From: a virus | Lineage: Duplodnaviria > Caudoviricetes | Virus record (IMG/VR): IMGVR_UViG_3300042885_000276 | Location: 1-61,870 of that record | Length of the DNA stretch: 61,870 bases | Direction: 5' to 3' (one strand) | Shown here: piece by piece, positions 17,256-26,640 of the stretch | How positions within the stretch are numbered: position 1 is the first letter of the stretch | Layout of the letters: every line of letters begins with the position of its first letter | Notes under the pieces: generated by a model | Databases searched by the model: none | What the model saw: only the letters and a program-made list of their open reading frames with translations | What the model was told of the DNA's origin: nothing | Program-made: the position numbers and the translations under genes

Positions 17256-17555
17256 TTACGGCATAATAATTAACGGGGCATCGTCAGGTTTCACTTCCTG
17301 ACTTTGCTTGTTGAGAATATGAAGGTCTTCAACAGTTGCCCTTTTCTTGAAGTCGCGCACCTGAAGAAGCGCCTGCGTGATTCGCTGCATCATGCCAACG
17401 AATGGCTCATGCTCGTCTTCTGACTCAAATACGGGAGATTTGAAGCCTGCCACTTGGCCTGTTTCGTCGTCGCCAATAACGAGTTGTGCCTCGAAGCGAG
17501 AGTTTGAGCCGACTGGCAGTTGGTCGATGCGGATGTAGATGGATGGGGTTGTCAT
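17256..17555 (-). CDS. Hypothetical protein inserted antisense in the head module (MTTPSIYIR...)
   Basis: ATG at 17555; own putative promoter TTGACG-N16-CGATGT near 17650-17677. Confidence 0.65.
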   Translation of the reverse strand: MTTPSIYIRIDQLPVGSNSRFEAQLVIGDDETGQVAGFKSPVFESEDEHEPFVGMMQRITQALLQVRDFKKRATVEDLHILNKQSQEVKPDDAPLIIMP

Positions 17556-17776
17556 ATAGGATTGAAATTGGCAACGCCGTGGGAGCAACCAACTCGCCAC
17601 GGCGTCTGGCACTAGGGACACATGAAAACAAAACCTTGTGCGTGAGAAAACATCGCAGATGGATTTGGATTCGTCAAGAATCTCTTGAAAAGAGAGCGAT
17701 CCTGGGTTAAAAAAGCAATGCCGCTGGAATTGGCGTTCCGAGCGGCATCTATCAACATCAACTGAACACACAGCTA

Positions 17777-18505
17777 ATGCCGAATATATTTATTATCCGT
17801 GATAAGGACGAGTCCGTCAAGAGATCAAGGGGAGACGTTGGGCTGGACGGGCTTATTTTTTGGTCGTATTTTAAAGATGCCGGTAAACGTAAAGGTGAAA
17901 TCAGAGAGCGATGGTTGAATCAAAATGATTTCGATATTCGCAAGGAGAGGGCGATGATATCTGGTAGCAAGTCCTACCAAAAAGCACTGACGGAAAATCC
18001 ACAAAAGCTGAAGGATCGGTTTAAGTCATTTAGGGATAGGAATAAAAAAAGCGAGATTCAACGGTGTCGAGAATGGAGAAAAAACAATCCACAAAAGCAA
18101 CGGGAGGCATGCAAACGGTGGAATGATGCCAACCCAGACGCATGCCGAGAGCATAGAAGAAAAGCTCAAAAGAAGGCAATAGCCACGGCTAGCCTGACTT
18201 ATTTCAAGTCGCGAATGAGGCATCGCGTTAGAGAGGCAATGAAGAGGGGGCAGTTTAAAAAGACATCATCAACTCGCGATATGATCGGATGCAATTGGGA
18301 TGAATTACGCTCTCATATTGAAAATAAATTCTTACCCGGAATGTCGTGGGAAAATAAATCCGAATGGGAGATAGATCATATCATTCCGCTATCGTCTGCT
18401 TCTTCGGAAGAGGAAATTAAGAAGCTGTGTGCATGGCATAATCTTCAGCCACTCTGGAAAGCAGACAATAGGAGCAAGGGTGATAAAATGCCTTACTCCG
18501 CATAA
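17777..18505 (+). CDS. HNH/Endo VII-like homing endonuclease
   Basis: IGC...L..HIE.KF.PGMSWEN..EWEIDHIIPLS...WHNLQPLWKADNRSKG. Confidence 0.9.
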   Translation: MPNIFIIRDKDESVKRSRGDVGLDGLIFWSYFKDAGKRKGEIRERWLNQNDFDIRKERAMISGSKSYQKALTENPQKLKDRFKSFRDRNKKSEIQRCREWRKNNPQKQREACKRWNDANPDACREHRRKAQKKAIATASLTYFKSRMRHRVREAMKRGQFKKTSSTRDMIGCNWDELRSHIENKFLPGMSWENKSEWEIDHIIPLSSASSEEEIKKLCAWHNLQPLWKADNRSKGDKMPYSA

Positions 18506-18521
18506 TTTCAGTAAAATAATC

Positions 18522-18549
18522 TTGACTGTTGAGCTTATGGTGCCATCAT
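18522..18549 (+). promoter_or_regulatory. Putative capsid-gene promoter
   Basis: TTGACT-N16-CATCAT with TG extension; same hexamers as at 7469. Confidence 0.45.
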
Positions 18550-18750
18550 CGCCATGAGCTAAAAAGCGTGTATCAACGCTCCTAGGAGGCTCTCTAGGTG
18601 AAATGGTGACTGAGCGCCCTACACGGGGCAAACCCAGCAATGGGGCATTCCAGGCTCAAGAATGGAAGTAGAGCAAGCGTCATGGCATTCAGCCAATGGC
18701 ATCTTCTTGTTCAAACAAACAACCCGTTCCAACACCCGCCTAATAGGCAA
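18549..18750 (+). ncRNA. Highly structured 5' leader of the major capsid gene (candidate cis-regulatory RNA)
   Basis: Two three-way junctions and a long bulged hairpin; GCAA tetraloop at 18637-18640. Confidence 0.5.
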
Positions 18751-18773
18751 AACAACTAAACTCACCTACGACT

Positions 18774-19952
18774 ATGGCATGTACAGATATTAATCAATTC
18801 TTGGAGTCTGAGAGCCAGAGGATCGTCGACGATCCTTCCGAAAAATCATTCATCAGCAATCCTTGGCAGAACGATTCTATCGTTCCGCGTTCCCGCTGGC
18901 CCAATGGTATGGGCGATACCCCGAACTTCCTGACATTTGAGCGTGCGATGCCGTTCGGTTCCGATGTCACGTTCACCACCTACGGCTTCAATGACGGCGG
19001 TAGCGGTGACGAAGGCGGTTCTTGCCAGCCTCCTGTGTCCACAATCTATCCTTCGCAGACTCGTCGCTCGATGGAACTCAAGATTGCGGCTGTCGAAAGC
19101 CCTCCCTTCTGTATTGAAGATGCTCGTATGAGCTACAACATCGTTCAGCAGGCTGCTGCCTTCATCCGTAACCTTCGTGGATACTCCCGCTACCTGTGGG
19201 AAAATCAACGCCGCGATCAGTTCACGTCCATCTGCTCCAACAAGTACGTCGCTGACGCTGGCCTTACGGTCAACTCCGCTTCGTTCGCCACTGGAACGAT
19301 TGGCACCCTGAAGCGCGAGATGCTTGATTACATCCGCTACAGCCTCATCCGTAATGGAGCAGACATTCAGAACGGCCTCTCCGTCAACAAGATGGGTCAG
19401 CCTCTTCTGCCACTCGTCCTCTCCGATGAAGCTCAGCAGACGCTCGCTACTGATGGCGTGACCATCCAGAACATCCGCTGGGACTCCGAAAAGGTCCGTG
19501 CGCTCAACAATGCCCCTGGTTCCTTTGACAGCCTCAACGGCTTCAAGATGACCATCGACATCGCTGCTGCTCGCTGGAATCTTGTCGGTGGTGCTTGGGT
19601 GCGCGTTCCCTTCATGCTCCCTGCTACCAACAAGGGTGATCCTGCGAACGTCAATCCAGCCTACTTCACGGCTCAATACGAAGATGCGATCATCGCTACC
19701 AAGCAGGTTGTGAAGTTTGCGATTCCTGATTCTCAGCTTGCCGCTGGGGAAATGAAATTCGCTCCTCAGGACTACCTTGGCCGATTCAACTGGATCAACA
19801 AGTATGACCGCACTTGCAACGTGGACGAAAACATTGGCTTCTTCCGTGGCAAGTTCGCCTACGGTGCTCAGCCAGTGATTCCTGAATACGGCGCAATCCT
19901 CCGCTTCCGTCGCTGCCCAACCAACTGGGTTGTGAACACCGCTTGCTCTTAA
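18774..19952 (+). CDS. Major capsid protein
   Basis: 392 aa after the scaffold, strong codon bias, followed by a terminator. Confidence 0.8.
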   Translation: MACTDINQFLESESQRIVDDPSEKSFISNPWQNDSIVPRSRWPNGMGDTPNFLTFERAMPFGSDVTFTTYGFNDGGSGDEGGSCQPPVSTIYPSQTRRSMELKIAAVESPPFCIEDARMSYNIVQQAAAFIRNLRGYSRYLWENQRRDQFTSICSNKYVADAGLTVNSASFATGTIGTLKREMLDYIRYSLIRNGADIQNGLSVNKMGQPLLPLVLSDEAQQTLATDGVTIQNIRWDSEKVRALNNAPGSFDSLNGFKMTIDIAAARWNLVGGAWVRVPFMLPATNKGDPANVNPAYFTAQYEDAIIATKQVVKFAIPDSQLAAGEMKFAPQDYLGRFNWINKYDRTCNVDENIGFFRGKFAYGAQPVIPEYGAILRFRRCPTNWVVNTACS

Positions 19953-19969
19953 TTGAGTAAAACCACTTG

Positions 19970-20008
19970 AGGCGGGGTTAGTCTAAAAAACTAGCCCCGC
20001 CTTTCTTG
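19970..20008 (+). terminator. Rho-independent terminator
   Basis: AGGCGGGGTTAGT-loop-ACTAGCCCCGCCT then TTCTT. Confidence 0.8.
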
Positions 20009-20044
20009 CATACACACCAAAACTCTGCTAATAGCTAATTGCTT

Positions 20045-20317
20045 ATGAAACTCTCTTTTACCTCACCTGAAGGCTGGCAAATGCCAGAAGACGCAACACC
20101 TGGACAGCCTTTTCAAGCTGTTGGAACATTCCTCGCCGATGAAGACGGCAATCTCACTCTGACAGCCATTGATGGAACCGAAATTCCAATGATGGAAGAC
20201 GACGAGATGGAGATGGAAGATGAAGGAGTTGAAGTCGAAGTGACGATGCCTGAAAAAGAAATGTCTGAAGAAGAAGACATGATGGATCGCGCTAAGAAAA
20301 TGGGCGTCTTCAAATAA
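20045..20317 (+). CDS. Small acidic protein
   Basis: E/D/M-rich C-terminus. Confidence 0.7.
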   Translation: MKLSFTSPEGWQMPEDATPGQPFQAVGTFLADEDGNLTLTAIDGTEIPMMEDDEMEMEDEGVEVEVTMPEKEMSEEEDMMDRAKKMGVFK

Positions 20318-20329
20318 CCATCTCATCTT

Positions 20330-20695
20330 ATGAGGCCAGCATTTTCTGATGAAGTAAACGCAATGGTTGTCTTCGTTGCCGGAGACACATGGAATGGATT
20401 TCCGTCCATCACCGTGTCCAATCGTATTGCGCCTGGAAATCTGGCCTCAGTTAAGATGGCATTCAAGCTCAACCCCAAGAGCACAATGCCAACACTGGAA
20501 CTCACCAGTGGCACAGACATCACCATTAGTGATCCGGTGAATTGGGTATTCACCATCAATCCAGGTCGATATGAATTGCCAATTGGGCAATATGTCTGGC
20601 AGATTGAAACCACCGACACTAGCTCGCCAGCTTATGTCGAAACATTGATGGAAGGCATCGGAGAAGTGCTCTCCAACTACACGACTACAACCTGA
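20330..20695 (+). CDS. Beta-rich virion protein (BppU-N-like fibre adaptor)
   Basis: AGDTW...GQYVWQIE...TLMEG pattern; precedes the fibre gene. Confidence 0.6.
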   Translation: MRPAFSDEVNAMVVFVAGDTWNGFPSITVSNRIAPGNLASVKMAFKLNPKSTMPTLELTSGTDITISDPVNWVFTINPGRYELPIGQYVWQIETTDTSSPAYVETLMEGIGEVLSNYTTTT

Positions 20696-23394
20696 TGAGC
20701 CAGACAAACATTTCCGTTAATTCCACGCTTGGTCCAACGATTGAGGTTCTAAGTGACGGAGGCATTGTAATCAATGTTGCCACTCCTGTCAGTGGAACTG
20801 GAGATGTGACTAGCTCAAGCTCTTCGGTAGATAACCAGATTGTCCGTTTTGATGGGACAAGTGGCAAAATTATCCAGAACTCTGGAATCACGATTGCTGA
20901 TGGCGCTACTGGAACGCTTTCTGGCACGAATACCGGAGATCAAAACCTTTTCGGCACGTTTGCTGTTGCAGGCCAAAGCAATGTAGTGGCAGATTCCACC
21001 AGTGATACACTCACACTTGTTGCTGGTAGCAATATTACCATCACGACGAATGCCTCAACGGATTCGATCACGATTAACTCGACAGCCAGTGGCTCAGGTG
21101 ATGTTGTTGGACCAGCTTCGGCAACTGATAATGCGATTGCTCGTTATGATCAAACCACTGGCAAGTTGATTCAAAACTCAGGGATTACTATTGCTGATGG
21201 TGCGTCAGGAACACTCAGCGGAACTAATAGCGGTGACCAAAACCTATTTGGAACCATCGCTGTAGCTGGACAGTCAAATGTTGTGGCTGATTCTACGAGC
21301 GACACGTTGACATTGGTAGCTGGGACCAACATTACAATTACCACTAATGATGCTACTGACAGCATCACGATTAACAGCACTGCATCTGGTGGAGGAACAC
21401 CCGGCGGGTTAGATACTCAGGTTCAGTTTAACGATGGCGGTAATTTCGGTGGTGATTCAGGACTGACGTACAACAAAACTACAGACACGCTTTCAGCGAC
21501 AAATCTGACCGTTAGCGGCCTTTCGACATTGGCTCACATCCATGGTTCTATTGCTGGCAATCTTTACATCCATGTCAAGAATACCAGTGGAGTTACCATA
21601 GCAAAAGGAACGCCAGTTTATGCGACAGGTAGCGTTGGAGTTAGTGGCAGAATTGAAGTATCAGCGGCTGACTATACCAACTCAGCCAAGATGCCAGCTA
21701 TCGGGATCACTGATGCTGAATTAATCGCAAACGCACAGGGTAACGCCGTCATAGTTGGCGAAGTCACAGGACTAGCAACTAACAGCTACGCAATCAATCA
21801 AGAGCTTTTTGTTGGAACATCTGGACTGCTTGGAGCACTACCAACAACTGGAGAAGCCCAATCAATTGCTGTTGTTTCTCGCGTTCATGCTTCCACTGGC
21901 ATCATTGTTGTTAATTCTCAGGCTAGGCTATCAAATGGAGCAATAACCAACGCAAGGCTAGCCAACATGGCTGCTAACACGATCAAAGGTCGTGTTACCG
22001 CATCAACAGGCGCTCCTGAAGATATTACGCCAGCTTCGCTAACCGAAGAAACAACTCCGGCAGCAGGAGATTTCTTATTAGGCTGGGAATCAGGAGGCGG
22101 TATTCGCAAGTTTGACGTTGGTGATTTGCCAGGAGGAGGCGGAACACCTGGAGGTGTTGACACTGAGTTGCAATTCAACAACTCAGGAACCTTTGGAGGT
22201 GCGGATATTCGCTGGGTTGATCCGTATCTTGAAATGCCAATTGACGGCACTTTTGCGACAAGGGCAAAAATTGGAATGCAGTCTGGGGCTAATGCTGATA
22301 TTTATACAGCAAACGCCGGAAGTTTACTGACTTATGGTGGGAATGCTGGCGCTACTCCACAAAGTCCAGGAGGCGGGTCTGGTGGTAGCGGAGGATACAT
22401 TCAAACCTTTGGTGGTTCTGGTTTTACAAGTGGCGAACCCGGTGGAGATTACAGTGGAGGATCTGGTGGTTATATTGACACAACTGGTGGTGGAGCATCA
22501 GATGGTCAAAATGGTTCTCCAGGTGGAAATATTATTACGACCAACGGTGGCGGAAATATCGACACTAACCAAGGCTTCATTGAGCTAGGTCAATTCGGTA
22601 GTAGAACTACCATTGATAGTGGTGCAGTTGGTGGAGATTATACACTCATCACACCAACAGGTCCAGGTACCGCTGGTCAATTGCTAAATATTGCAAGCGT
22701 ATCAAGCGGACTTGTTCAACTTGGTTACCTCTCTACACCCATTGCTATCGCCAACGGCGGCACAGGTCAAACCACCGCAGTCGCAGCGTTTGACGCGCTT
22801 GCGCCAACCACGACAAAAGGCGATCTTATTGCTCACAATGGCACCGATAATATCCGAGTTGCTGTAGGTGCTACTAACGGCCATGTGCTTACGGTAGATA
22901 GCGCCGAGGCAAGTGGAATCAAATGGGCTGCGGCTAGCAGTGGGAAACTAGCCCAAGCGGTTACTGCATCGTCTGTAACATCTGGATCAACTACAGCAAA
23001 CATACCATTTGACGACACCATTCCGCAAAACACGGAAGGACTTGAAATATTAACGCTAGCAATAACGCCAACAAATGCCAGCAGCACGCTCCAAATTACT
23101 GCGACCGTGACGGTTTCTGGCGGCGGACTAGTGAGTGTGGCTGGGGCATTGTTTGTTGATTCAACGGCTAACGCAATTGCGGCAAACCTTAACACTGTTG
23201 GAGGTAATGGGTATTTCAGTTTTTTAACTGTCGCAGCATCCATTTCAGCAGGCTCAACCTCCGCTCGAACCTATAAATTTCGTATAGGTAATTCAACCAG
23301 CGGCACTGTTTATTACAATAGATGGGCGACTGGTGACTTATACTCAACTGCTGGACCAGAGACTAGAATAACAATTCTCGAAATATTACCATGA
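20695..23394 (+). CDS. Tail fibre protein
   Basis: 899 aa, G/S/T-rich, fibre motifs GDVVGPASATDNAIARYD..TGKLIQNS, TQVQFND.G.FGG, IANGGTG. Confidence 0.85.
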   Translation: MSQTNISVNSTLGPTIEVLSDGGIVINVATPVSGTGDVTSSSSSVDNQIVRFDGTSGKIIQNSGITIADGATGTLSGTNTGDQNLFGTFAVAGQSNVVADSTSDTLTLVAGSNITITTNASTDSITINSTASGSGDVVGPASATDNAIARYDQTTGKLIQNSGITIADGASGTLSGTNSGDQNLFGTIAVAGQSNVVADSTSDTLTLVAGTNITITTNDATDSITINSTASGGGTPGGLDTQVQFNDGGNFGGDSGLTYNKTTDTLSATNLTVSGLSTLAHIHGSIAGNLYIHVKNTSGVTIAKGTPVYATGSVGVSGRIEVSAADYTNSAKMPAIGITDAELIANAQGNAVIVGEVTGLATNSYAINQELFVGTSGLLGALPTTGEAQSIAVVSRVHASTGIIVVNSQARLSNGAITNARLANMAANTIKGRVTASTGAPEDITPASLTEETTPAAGDFLLGWESGGGIRKFDVGDLPGGGGTPGGVDTELQFNNSGTFGGADIRWVDPYLEMPIDGTFATRAKIGMQSGANADIYTANAGSLLTYGGNAGATPQSPGGGSGGSGGYIQTFGGSGFTSGEPGGDYSGGSGGYIDTTGGGASDGQNGSPGGNIITTNGGGNIDTNQGFIELGQFGSRTTIDSGAVGGDYTLITPTGPGTAGQLLNIASVSSGLVQLGYLSTPIAIANGGTGQTTAVAAFDALAPTTTKGDLIAHNGTDNIRVAVGATNGHVLTVDSAEASGIKWAAASSGKLAQAVTASSVTSGSTTANIPFDDTIPQNTEGLEILTLAITPTNASSTLQITATVTVSGGGLVSVAGALFVDSTANAIAANLNTVGGNGYFSFLTVAASISAGSTSARTYKFRIGNSTSGTVYYNRWATGDLYSTAGPETRITILEILP
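20800..21393 (+). repeat. Tandem 297-nt (99-aa) duplication in the tail fibre
   Basis: Units start at 20800 and 21097; near-identical protein, synonymous divergence. Confidence 0.9.
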
Positions 23395-23768
23395 AACATA
23401 TAGAATTAATCGGTAACATGGTTACATCAGTGCGATCTGCTCCATATCCAATCGAATCACCAACAACCATTGAAGCGCCTAATGAAGTTGAGTGTGGTTG
23501 GATTAAAAACGGTGACGAGTGGATTGCCCCCGTGGTACCAGTAGTCGTCAGTTTCCGCTCCTTGGCATTCGCTCTCTTGCAAACCGGACTTTACCAACAG
23601 GTTAAATCCGCTGCTTTAGCAACTCCTGAGGGGGAAATTTGGTGGAGCACCGCACAAAGCACCACCGTCCATCGCGATCATCCTTTCGTCATTGCACTTG
23701 GCGCTGCTATCGGTCAAACACCTGAGCAGTTGGATGCTATTTTCGCATCGGCATTGGCTTCTCAGTGA
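23391..23768 (+). CDS. Tail fibre-associated protein
   Basis: VHRDHPFV..LGAAIGQTPEQLDAIF motif; follows the fibre. Confidence 0.65.
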   Translation: MKHIELIGNMVTSVRSAPYPIESPTTIEAPNEVECGWIKNGDEWIAPVVPVVVSFRSLAFALLQTGLYQQVKSAALATPEGEIWWSTAQSTTVHRDHPFVIALGAAIGQTPEQLDAIFASALASQ

Positions 23769-23817
23769 GAATTGAATTTTGATTGATTTGTGAACTAAAC
23801 ACTACAATTTATCCACA

Positions 23818-24021
23818 ATGCCTGGACAATTACAAACACTGTCGGTTCCGCCTCCTGTTAGCGTTCCAACGCTGCTGAATGCTATTCGTGTGGGATTGGT
23901 AAACCTTAATAATCCAGGAACGATCACTTATGATCCACTGGCTGTTCCGCCGCCTCCAGTGAGCGAGCAGACGCTTTACTACGCCATCTACAATGCAGCA
24001 GGAGGGGAAATTCAATCCTAA
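23818..24021 (+). CDS. Small protein made of two LxVPPPVS modules
   Basis: QTLSVPPPVSVPTLL and PLAVPPPPVSEQTLYYAIY. Confidence 0.65.
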   Translation: MPGQLQTLSVPPPVSVPTLLNAIRVGLVNLNNPGTITYDPLAVPPPPVSEQTLYYAIYNAAGGEIQS

Positions 24022-24023
24022 TT

Positions 24024-24926
24024 ATGGCTGGCGTCCCACAGACATTGCAGATACCACCACCTGTGAGCATTCAGACGATGCTTTACAATACCTATTTGCA
24101 GATTATTGGCGGTGGAAATGCGCCATTTGTTGGACCGCTTGATGCACTGGTGGCGCAGGGTGCAATGATTCGTCATGCCTCCTCAGTTCGTAGGCTGCGC
24201 TCCGCTTACACTGGCCCAGCTTGTCGGCTACGAGGTAACGGTGCCAATGCTGAAGCTGATATTGCCTTTTTGCCTGATGGCACACTTGATCTGACTGCCG
24301 CCGCAGCCATAGCCGCTGATAGCGGTGGGACACAGGCAAATTGGGTCACTGCGTATGATCAATTTCAAAATACGGATGCCACGCAGCTAACGACTGGCAA
24401 TCAAATGCAGTTTGGAACTACATTCCAAAGCCGTGGTGAAATGGGTGGATCAGCAGCTTCCAATCGAACTCTTGGACTTGATTTACAGGCTTTGCCGCAA
24501 CCTACATTTTTCTCTATCGTTGCAAATCAATCTTCTATCACTGGAACTAGAGTATTACTTGGAACATCTTCAAATTCATTAAATAGGTTTACTCGAATGA
24601 GTGGCACATTGCCACAGCAAAACTGGGGAACTACACTTGCTGGCACAAGCATTTCACCAGGAAAACATGTCTATGGTTTTTTGAGCAATGGCTCCAGCTC
24701 ACAAATTTATATCGACGGAAACTTGAATGCAACTGGTGACGCCGGTAATACACAGCTTGAAATGCCCAGTGCTCGCATTGGCGGAAATCAATCAACAACC
24801 AGCAATTGGAATAATACAGCAGGCAATACTATTTCAGAAGTCATTGTTTTTTCCAGTAACCCAACAACGCTTCCTGGGTGGCCCGCTTTCGTAGCCGCTC
24901 AGAAGACGTACTTTGGCATTCCATGA
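24024..24926 (+). CDS. Concanavalin A/LamG-like lectin-fold virion protein
   Basis: SVRRLRSAYTGPACRLR, WVTAYDQ, IYIDG, ISEVIVF. Confidence 0.75.
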   Translation: MAGVPQTLQIPPPVSIQTMLYNTYLQIIGGGNAPFVGPLDALVAQGAMIRHASSVRRLRSAYTGPACRLRGNGANAEADIAFLPDGTLDLTAAAAIAADSGGTQANWVTAYDQFQNTDATQLTTGNQMQFGTTFQSRGEMGGSAASNRTLGLDLQALPQPTFFSIVANQSSITGTRVLLGTSSNSLNRFTRMSGTLPQQNWGTTLAGTSISPGKHVYGFLSNGSSSQIYIDGNLNATGDAGNTQLEMPSARIGGNQSTTSNWNNTAGNTISEVIVFSSNPTTLPGWPAFVAAQKTYFGIP

Positions 24927-24959
24927 TTATCTACATTTAATCACACTTCAGAATAAACC

Positions 24960-25271
24960 ATGAGCCACGACGAATCTCTCGCCATTGACGAACTTCGCAA
25001 AACAATCCGATGGCTCATTGGTGGCGTCATTGGACTTTTAAGTGGTGCCGCTGCCGTGGGCGGATGGGTAGCAACGCAAGAAGGCCGGATCTCCAGTCTT
25101 GCTGATGCTGATCGAATCTCCAGCACAGACCGCTCTGAAATGCGAGGAGAACTGAGGGCACACTCATCCATCATCAATGCGATCCAAAAAGATTCAGCCG
25201 TTCAATCACGCGACTTGCAATACATCCGTGAGGCAGTAACCGAGATTAAGGACTCCATGAAAAAGCCCTGA
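24960..25271 (+). CDS. Single-TM coiled-coil protein (holin/spanin-like)
   Basis: TM WLIGGVIGLLSGAAAVGGWV then coiled coil. Confidence 0.55.
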   Translation: MSHDESLAIDELRKTIRWLIGGVIGLLSGAAAVGGWVATQEGRISSLADADRISSTDRSEMRGELRAHSSIINAIQKDSAVQSRDLQYIREAVTEIKDSMKKP

Positions 25272-25274
25272 CTT

Positions 25275-25727
25275 ATGTGGCCGTTCACCTCCAAGCCAAA
25301 GCTACCTCGCCGTCAACTTCGAGGAGATACCGTGCAAGCCATGGTTGTATTGGCTCTGAAAGGTAAGACGCAGCCGAATTTCCGCCTATTCATGCAAAAG
25401 GGCATTATGGCTTGTCCGCCAAAAACAATGCTGCGTAAAGCCGCAGATCAAGCATATAAACCTTGGCAAGAAAACTTGTGGGAGTGCGAAGATCAAGCCC
25501 GTGCAGTAGTGCATCACGCGCAACTACTCGCCGCCAAGGAAGGTTGTTCTTGGGCTGTTGGAACACTGCGTGCCAATGCACCTGAAGGCTCAAGCCACGA
25601 TCTCCATGTGTTCGTTTGGGCTATCCTTGATTTGCCAGAAGGCTTGCAATTTACCTTGTTCGACCCAACTGCCGACGACTGGGCAGATGTGCCAGACCTA
25701 TCTGGCGTTGATTACGCACTCACATGA
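25275..25727 (+). CDS. Putative papain/transglutaminase-fold protein
   Basis: WECEDQA...HVFV...FDP resembles the DCDDFA/HA.N/EPQ pattern. Confidence 0.5.
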   Translation: MWPFTSKPKLPRRQLRGDTVQAMVVLALKGKTQPNFRLFMQKGIMACPPKTMLRKAADQAYKPWQENLWECEDQARAVVHHAQLLAAKEGCSWAVGTLRANAPEGSSHDLHVFVWAILDLPEGLQFTLFDPTADDWADVPDLSGVDYALT

Positions 25728-26203
25728 ATATGGAACCAAACATGAAGCCTCGCATTGCCCTATTCAATGGCGATGGAGTGGTGTCCTGGCTTATCAAAAA
25801 GCAGACGCGCTCAAAGTATTCACATGCGGCGATGCTTATTCCAGGCACCACAAATCGCATTATTGAATCGCGAGAGTTCAAGGGCGTCAGACTCCACACT
25901 CTGGACGAATCAGATAACCGGTTGATCGACTGGTTTGCCATCCCAAGCATGAGTGATGAGGATTACGACTATGCTATCAGCTTGTTCTTGGGGCAGCTTG
26001 GAATGCCATACGACTACTGGAGCGTGGCTCGATTCGTCACCAAAAAGCCAGCGCGAGAGAATGGCAAATGGTTCTGCTCAGAGGCAGTTCACAAGATGCT
26101 AGCGGATGCCGGAACTCGTCTTCTTCTGCGCATTCCATCGGCAGAAGTTTCTCCTGCTCATTTAGGAATCTCACCACTACTTGTTCAAGTTGCCGCACCA
26201 TGA
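25724..26203 (+). CDS. Permuted papain-like NlpC/P60 enzyme (YiiX/YaeF, C92)
   Basis: YSHAAM...IIES...G.PYDY...WFCSE. Confidence 0.85.
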   Translation: MNMEPNMKPRIALFNGDGVVSWLIKKQTRSKYSHAAMLIPGTTNRIIESREFKGVRLHTLDESDNRLIDWFAIPSMSDEDYDYAISLFLGQLGMPYDYWSVARFVTKKPARENGKWFCSEAVHKMLADAGTRLLLRIPSAEVSPAHLGISPLLVQVAAP

Positions 26204-26394
26204 AATACATCTCACTTATCTTTGTCGTCTCAACACTGTCTTCCTGCTCGATTACAGACTCATCCAACGTAAAGCGCATCGCTGTGGCTGGAGGAGTCGG
26301 TTATCTCACTGGAGGTCAAGCTGGCGCTATTTCCGCCGCCACTGCCGAGTTTAGCAGAACCAGCGCAAAATCCCCTCGCAATATTCAACCATGA
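26200..26394 (+). CDS. Small lipoprotein
   Basis: MKYISLIFVVSTLSSC lipobox-like signal; glycine-zipper. Confidence 0.6.
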   Translation: MKYISLIFVVSTLSSCSITDSSNVKRIAVAGGVGYLTGGQAGAISAATAEFSRTSAKSPRNIQP

Positions 26395-26640
26395 GTTTAT
26401 ATTTAAACGCTAATGAGTTTATAGGATTCAGTTTTGCAGTGGTATCCATATCAGTCTGGGCGCTAATAGTTTCAGTAAAACCATAAAATATACCAAATGA
26501 AAAAACCAACAAAGCCAGCCAAAACAGTCAAGAAAGCCGTCAAAACACAAGGCAAAGATACACTATCCTTCCTTGGAATCCCATTTGGGAAGATCCCCAA
26601 AGGAATGAAGAAGTAAACCATCAACACCTATCCTCGCGAT

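Noticed and set aside
20800-21393. Tail fibre duplication as a DGR template/variable repeat pair
   Set aside because: Differences are synonymous and not adenine-specific, and no reverse transcriptase is present
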